A stretch of DNA of 13,646 nucleotides from positions 1-13,646 of the forward strand of contig NIVC01005264.1 in assembly GCA_002269645.1 (NCBI GenBank), read 5' to 3'. Each line of letters opens with the position of its first letter. Within the stretch, counting starts at the first letter, position 1. Below are positions 9,656 to 13,646 of the stretch, piece by piece. Below the pieces are notes generated by a model. It was not told where the DNA came from, made no database searches, and saw only the letters and a list, made by a program, of their open reading frames with translations. Made by a program: the position numbers and the translations under genes. The stretch comes from Macrostomum lignano (Eukaryota).

Positions 9656-12600
9656 AGTTGCCTTCTAATAACTACACCAAGCAGTCTCGCGCATGCACAG
9701 GCGTTCGAAAAACGCTCACGGCGCGTGTTATTCTGCTTCCGTGCACTTGTATTTTGCACGCAGTCAGTTTCTTTAAGACAAATAGACCGGTTTAAGCTAG
9801 AGGCGCAGTTGCCTTCTAATAACTACACCAAGCAGTCTCGCGCATGCACAGGCGTTCGAAAATACGCTCACGGCGGCGTGTTATTCTGCTTCCGTGCACT
9901 TGTATTTTGCACGCAGTCAGTTTCTTTCAACAAATAGACACGGTTTAAGCTAGAGGCGCAGTTGCCTTCTAATAACTACACCAAGCAGTCTCGCGCATGC
10001 ACAGCGCGTTCGAAAATACGCTCACGGCGTGTTATTCTGCTTCCGTGCACTTGTTATTTTGCACGCAGTCAGTTTCTTTAGACAAATAGACACGGTTTAA
10101 GCTAGAGGCGCAGTTGCCTCTAATAACTACACCAAGCAGTCTCGCGGCATGCACAGGCGTTCGAAAATACGCTCACGGCGTGTTATTCTGCTTCCGTGCA
10201 CTTGTATTTTGCACGCAGTCAGTTTGTTTAGACAAATAGACACGGTTTAAGCTAGAGGCGCAGTTGCCTTCTAATAACTACACCAAGCAGTCTCGCGCAT
10301 GCACAGGCGTTCGAAATACGCTCACGGCGTGTTATTCTGCTTCCGTGCACTTGTATTTTGCACGCAGTCAGTTTCTTTAGACAAATAGACACGGTTTAAG
10401 CTAGAGGCGCAGTTGCCTTCTAATAACTACACCAAGAGTCTCGCGCATGCACAGGCGTTCGAAAATACGCTCACGGCGTGTTATTCTGCTTCCGTGCACT
10501 TGTATTTTGCACGCAGTCAGTTTTTTAGACAAATAGACACGGTTTAAGCTAGAGGCGCAGTTGCCTTCTAATAACTACACCAAGCAGTCTCGCGCATGCA
10601 CAGGCGTTCGAAAATACGCTCACGGCGTGTTATTCTGCTTCCGTGCACTTGTATTTTGCACGCAGTCAGTTTGTTTAGACAAATAGACACGGTTTAAGCT
10701 AGAGGCGCAGTTGCCTTCTAATAACTACACCAAGCAGTCTCGCGCATGCACAGGCGTTCGAAAATACGCTCACGGCGTGTTATTCTGCTTCCGTGCACTT
10801 GTATTTTGCACGCAGTCAGTTTGTTTAGACAAATAGACACGGTTTAAGCTAGAGGCGCAGTTGCCTTCTAATAACTACACCAAGCAGTCTCGCGCATGCA
10901 CAGGCGTTCGAAAATACGCTCACGGCGTGTTATTCTGCTTCCGTGCACTTGTATTTTGCACGCAGTCAGTTTGTTTAGACAAATAGACACGGTTTAAGCT
11001 AGAGGCGCAGTTGCCTTCTAATAACTACACCAAGCAGTCTCGCGCATGCACAGGCGTTCGAAAATACGCTCACGGCGTGTTATTCTGCTTCCGTGCACTT
11101 GTATTTTGCACGCAGTCAGTTTGTTTAGACAAATAGACACGGTTTAAGCTAGAGGCGCAGTTGCCTTCTAATAACTACACCAAGCAGTCTCGCGCATGCA
11201 CAGGCGTTCGAAAATACGCTCACGGCGTGTTATTCTGCTTCCGTGCACTTGTATTTTGCACGCAGTCAGTTTGTTTAGACAAATAGACACGGTTTAAGCT
11301 AGAGGCGCAGTTGCCTTCTAATAACTACACCAAGCAGTCTCGCGCATGCACAGGCGTTCGAAAATACGCTCACGGCGTGTTATTCTGCTTCCGTGCACTT
11401 GTATTTTGCACGCAGTCAGTTTGTTTAGACAAATAGACACGGTTTAAGCTAGAGGCGCAGTTGCCTTCTAATAACTACACCAAGCAGTCTCGCGCATGCA
11501 CAGGCGTTCGAAAATACGCTCACGGCGTGTTATTCTGCTTCCGTGCACTTGTATTTTGCACGCAGTCAGTTTGTTTAGACAAATAGACACGGTTTAAGCT
11601 AGAGGCGCAGTTGCCTTCTAATAACTACACCAAGCAGTCTCGCGCATGCACAGGCGTTCGAAAATACGCTCACGGCGTGTTATTCTGCTTCCGTGCACTT
11701 GTATTTTGCACGCAGTCAGTTTGTTTAGACAAATAGACACGGTTTAAGCTAGAGGCGCAGTTGCCTTCTAATAACTACACCAAGCAGTCTCGCGCATGCA
11801 CAGGCGTTCGAAAATACGCTCACGGCGTGTTATTCTGCTTCCGTGCACTTGTATTTTGCACGCAGTCAGTTTGTTTAGACAAATAGACACGGTTTAAGCT
11901 AGAGGCGCAGTTGCCTTCTAATAACTACACCAAGCAGTCTCGCGCATGCACAGGCGTTCGAAAATACGCTCACGGCGTGTTATTCTGCTTCCGTGCACTT
12001 GTATTTTGCACGCAGTCAGTTTGTTTAGACAAATAGACACGGTTTAAGCTAGAGGCGCAGTTGCCTTCTAATAACTACACCAAGCAGTCTCGCGCATGCA
12101 CAGGCGTTCGAAAATACGCTCACGGCGTGTTATTCTGCTTCCGTGCACTTGTATTTTGCACGCAGTCAGTTTGTTTAGACAAATAGACACGGTTTAAGCT
12201 AGAGGCGCAGTTGCCTTCTAATAACTACACCAAGCAGTCTCGCGCATGCACAGGCGTTCGAAAATACGCTCACGGCGTGTTATTCTGCTTCCGTGCACTT
12301 GTATTTTGCACGCAGTCAGTTTGTTTAGACAAATAGACACGGTTTAAGCTAGAGGCGCAGTTGCCTTCTAATAACTACACCAAGCAGTCTCGCGCATGCA
12401 CAGGCGTTCGAAAATACGCTCACGGCGTGTTATTCTGCTTCCGTGCACTTGTATTTTGCACGCAGTCAGTTTGTTTAGACAAATAGACACGGTTTAAGCT
12501 AGAGGCGCAGTTGCCTTCTAATAACTACACCAAGCAGTCTCGCGCATGCACAGGCGTTCGAAAATACGCTCACGGCGTGTTATTCTGCTTCCGTGCACTT

Positions 12601-13646
12601 GTATTTTGCACGCAGTCAGTTTGTTTAGACAAATAGACACGGTTTAAGCTAGAGGCGCAGTTGCCTTCTAATAACTACACCAAGCAGTCTCGCGCATGCA
12701 CAGGCGTTCGAAAATACGCTCACGGCGTGTTATTCTGCTTCCGTGCACTTGTATTTTGCACGCAGTCAGTTTTTTAGACAAATAGACACGGTTTAAGCTA
12801 GAGGCGCAGTTGCCTTCTAATAACTACACCAAGCAGTCTCGCGCATGCACAGGCGTTCGAAAATACGCTCACGGCGTGTTATTCTGCTTCCGTGCACTTG
12901 TATTTTGCACGCAGTCAGTTTGTTTAGACAAATAGACACGGTTTAAGCTAGAGGCGCAGTTGCCTTCTAATAACTACACCAAGCAGTCTCGCGCATGCAC
13001 AGGCGTTCGAAAATACGCTCACGGCGTGTTATTCTGCTTCCGTGCACTTGTATTTTGCACGCAGTCAGTTTGTTTAGACAAATAGACACGGTTTAAGCTA
13101 GAGGCGCAGTTGCCTTCTAATAACTACACCAAGCAGTCTCGCGCATGCACAGGCGTTCGAAAATACGCTCACGGCGTGTTATTCTGCTTCCGTGCACTTG
13201 TATTTTGCACGCAGTCAGTTTGTTTAGACAAATAGACACGGTTTAAGCTAGAGGCGCAGTTGCCTTCTAATAACTACACCAAGCAGTCTCGCGCATGCAC
13301 AGGCGTTCGAAAATACGCTCACGGCGTGTTATTCTGCTTCCGTGCACTTGTATTTTGCACGCAGTCAGTTTGTTTAGACAAATAGACACGGTTTAAGCTA
13401 GAGGCGCAGTTGCCTTCTAATAACTACACCAAGCAGTCTCGCGCATGCACAGGCGTTCGAAAATACGCTCAGCGGCGTGTTATTCTGCTTCCGTGCACTT
13501 GTATTTTGCACGCAGTCAGTTTGTTTAGACAAATAGACACGGTTTAAGCTAGAGGCGCAGTTGCCTTCTAATAACTACACCAAGCAGTCTCGCGCATGCA
13601 CAGGCGTTCGAAAATACGCTCACGGCGTGTTATTCTGCTTCGTGCA
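9656..13646. repeat. Native (A-containing) portion of the 150-bp array, about 26.5 copies, non-coding
   Basis: The monomer has balanced composition (37A/37C/34G/42T). Fourteen consecutive copies at 10561-12660 look identical by eye. Hand translation of the monomer gives a stop in all three + frames and all three - frames. Confidence 0.96.

Larger units (their letters stand above)
1..13646. repeat. Head-to-tail tandem array (satellite-like or concatemer) of a 150-bp monomer, about 91 copies, running off both window ends
   Basis: The motif TTGCCTTCTA recurs at 10561, 10711, 10861, 11011 and onward, a period of exactly 150. The same motif order (TTGCCTTCT..GTCTCGCGC..GGCGTTCG..GGCGTGTT..TTCTGCTTCCGTGC..GGTTT..GGCGC) continues through the left part. 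All copies are in one orientation with no spacers. Confidence 0.98.

Noticed and set aside
52-9937. Three overlapping 3,100-3,300 aa ORFs on the + strand (52-9795, 80-9937, 279-9668)
   Set aside because: All stop codons contain A, so an A-less strand is open in every frame. The products use almost only F, L, S, C, P, R, V, A and G, the same three peptide phases swap between ORFs at each indel, and all three end within 300 bp after A returns. The native monomer is closed in all six frames. The T-less minus strand likewise has neither stops nor starts.
10551-10625. tRNA gene
   Set aside because: There is only a GTTCGA core and a loose A-box-like word. I could not build acceptor, anticodon or T stems.
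10685-10710. Widom 601 nucleosome-positioning array (the minus strand reads CTCTAGCTTAAACC, reminiscent of CTCTAGCACCGCTTAAACGC in 601)
   Set aside because: The similarity is limited to two short words, and the rest of the monomer does not match 601 as I recall it.
1-13646. Diversity-generating retroelement (template repeat versus variable repeat differing only at adenines, about 150 bp)
   Set aside because: DGR mutagenesis gives A>N at a subset of adenines within a coding variable region and needs a nearby reverse transcriptase. Here every A becomes C identically in about 65 tandem non-coding copies, and there is no RT or target gene in the window.
1-13646. CRISPR array
   Set aside because: The units are contiguous 150-bp copies with no unique spacers, and there is no leader or cas gene.
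1-13646. Unsplit SMRTbell subreads or fold-back chimera
   Set aside because: All copies are in the same orientation. I saw no alternating forward and reverse segments, no inversion point and no adapter-like sequence.

Overview
The whole 13,646-bp window is one head-to-tail tandem array of a 150-bp non-coding monomer (about 91 copies). I found no genes, RNA genes, CRISPR array or mobile element. The native monomer is seen at 9656-13646, for example 10561-10710: TTGCCTTCTAATAACTACACCAAGCAGTCTCGCGCATGCACAGGCGTTCGAAAATACGCTCACGGCGTGTTATTCTGCTTCCGTGCACTTGTATTTTGCACGCAGTCAGTTTGTTTAGACAAATAGACACGGTTTAAGCTAGAGGCGCAG (37 A, 37 C, 34 G, 42 T; 47% GC). It has stop codons in all six frames. Positions 1-9655 (about 65 copies) are the same monomer with essentially every + strand A replaced by C, while T and G are unchanged; I found only three A residues in 9.6 kb. 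The three 3,000+ aa ORFs are a by-product of this, because no stop codon can form without A. Internal evidence points to a long-read base-calling or consensus artefact rather than biology: the runs that became homopolymers only after A>C show homopolymer-type length errors, the switch is abrupt and sits in a noisy zone, and the change is complete and strand-specific. Raw reads are needed to confirm this. The signals that may be biological are the unidentified, very homogeneous 150-bp repeat, one G/C/deleted variable site, and one truncated monomer.
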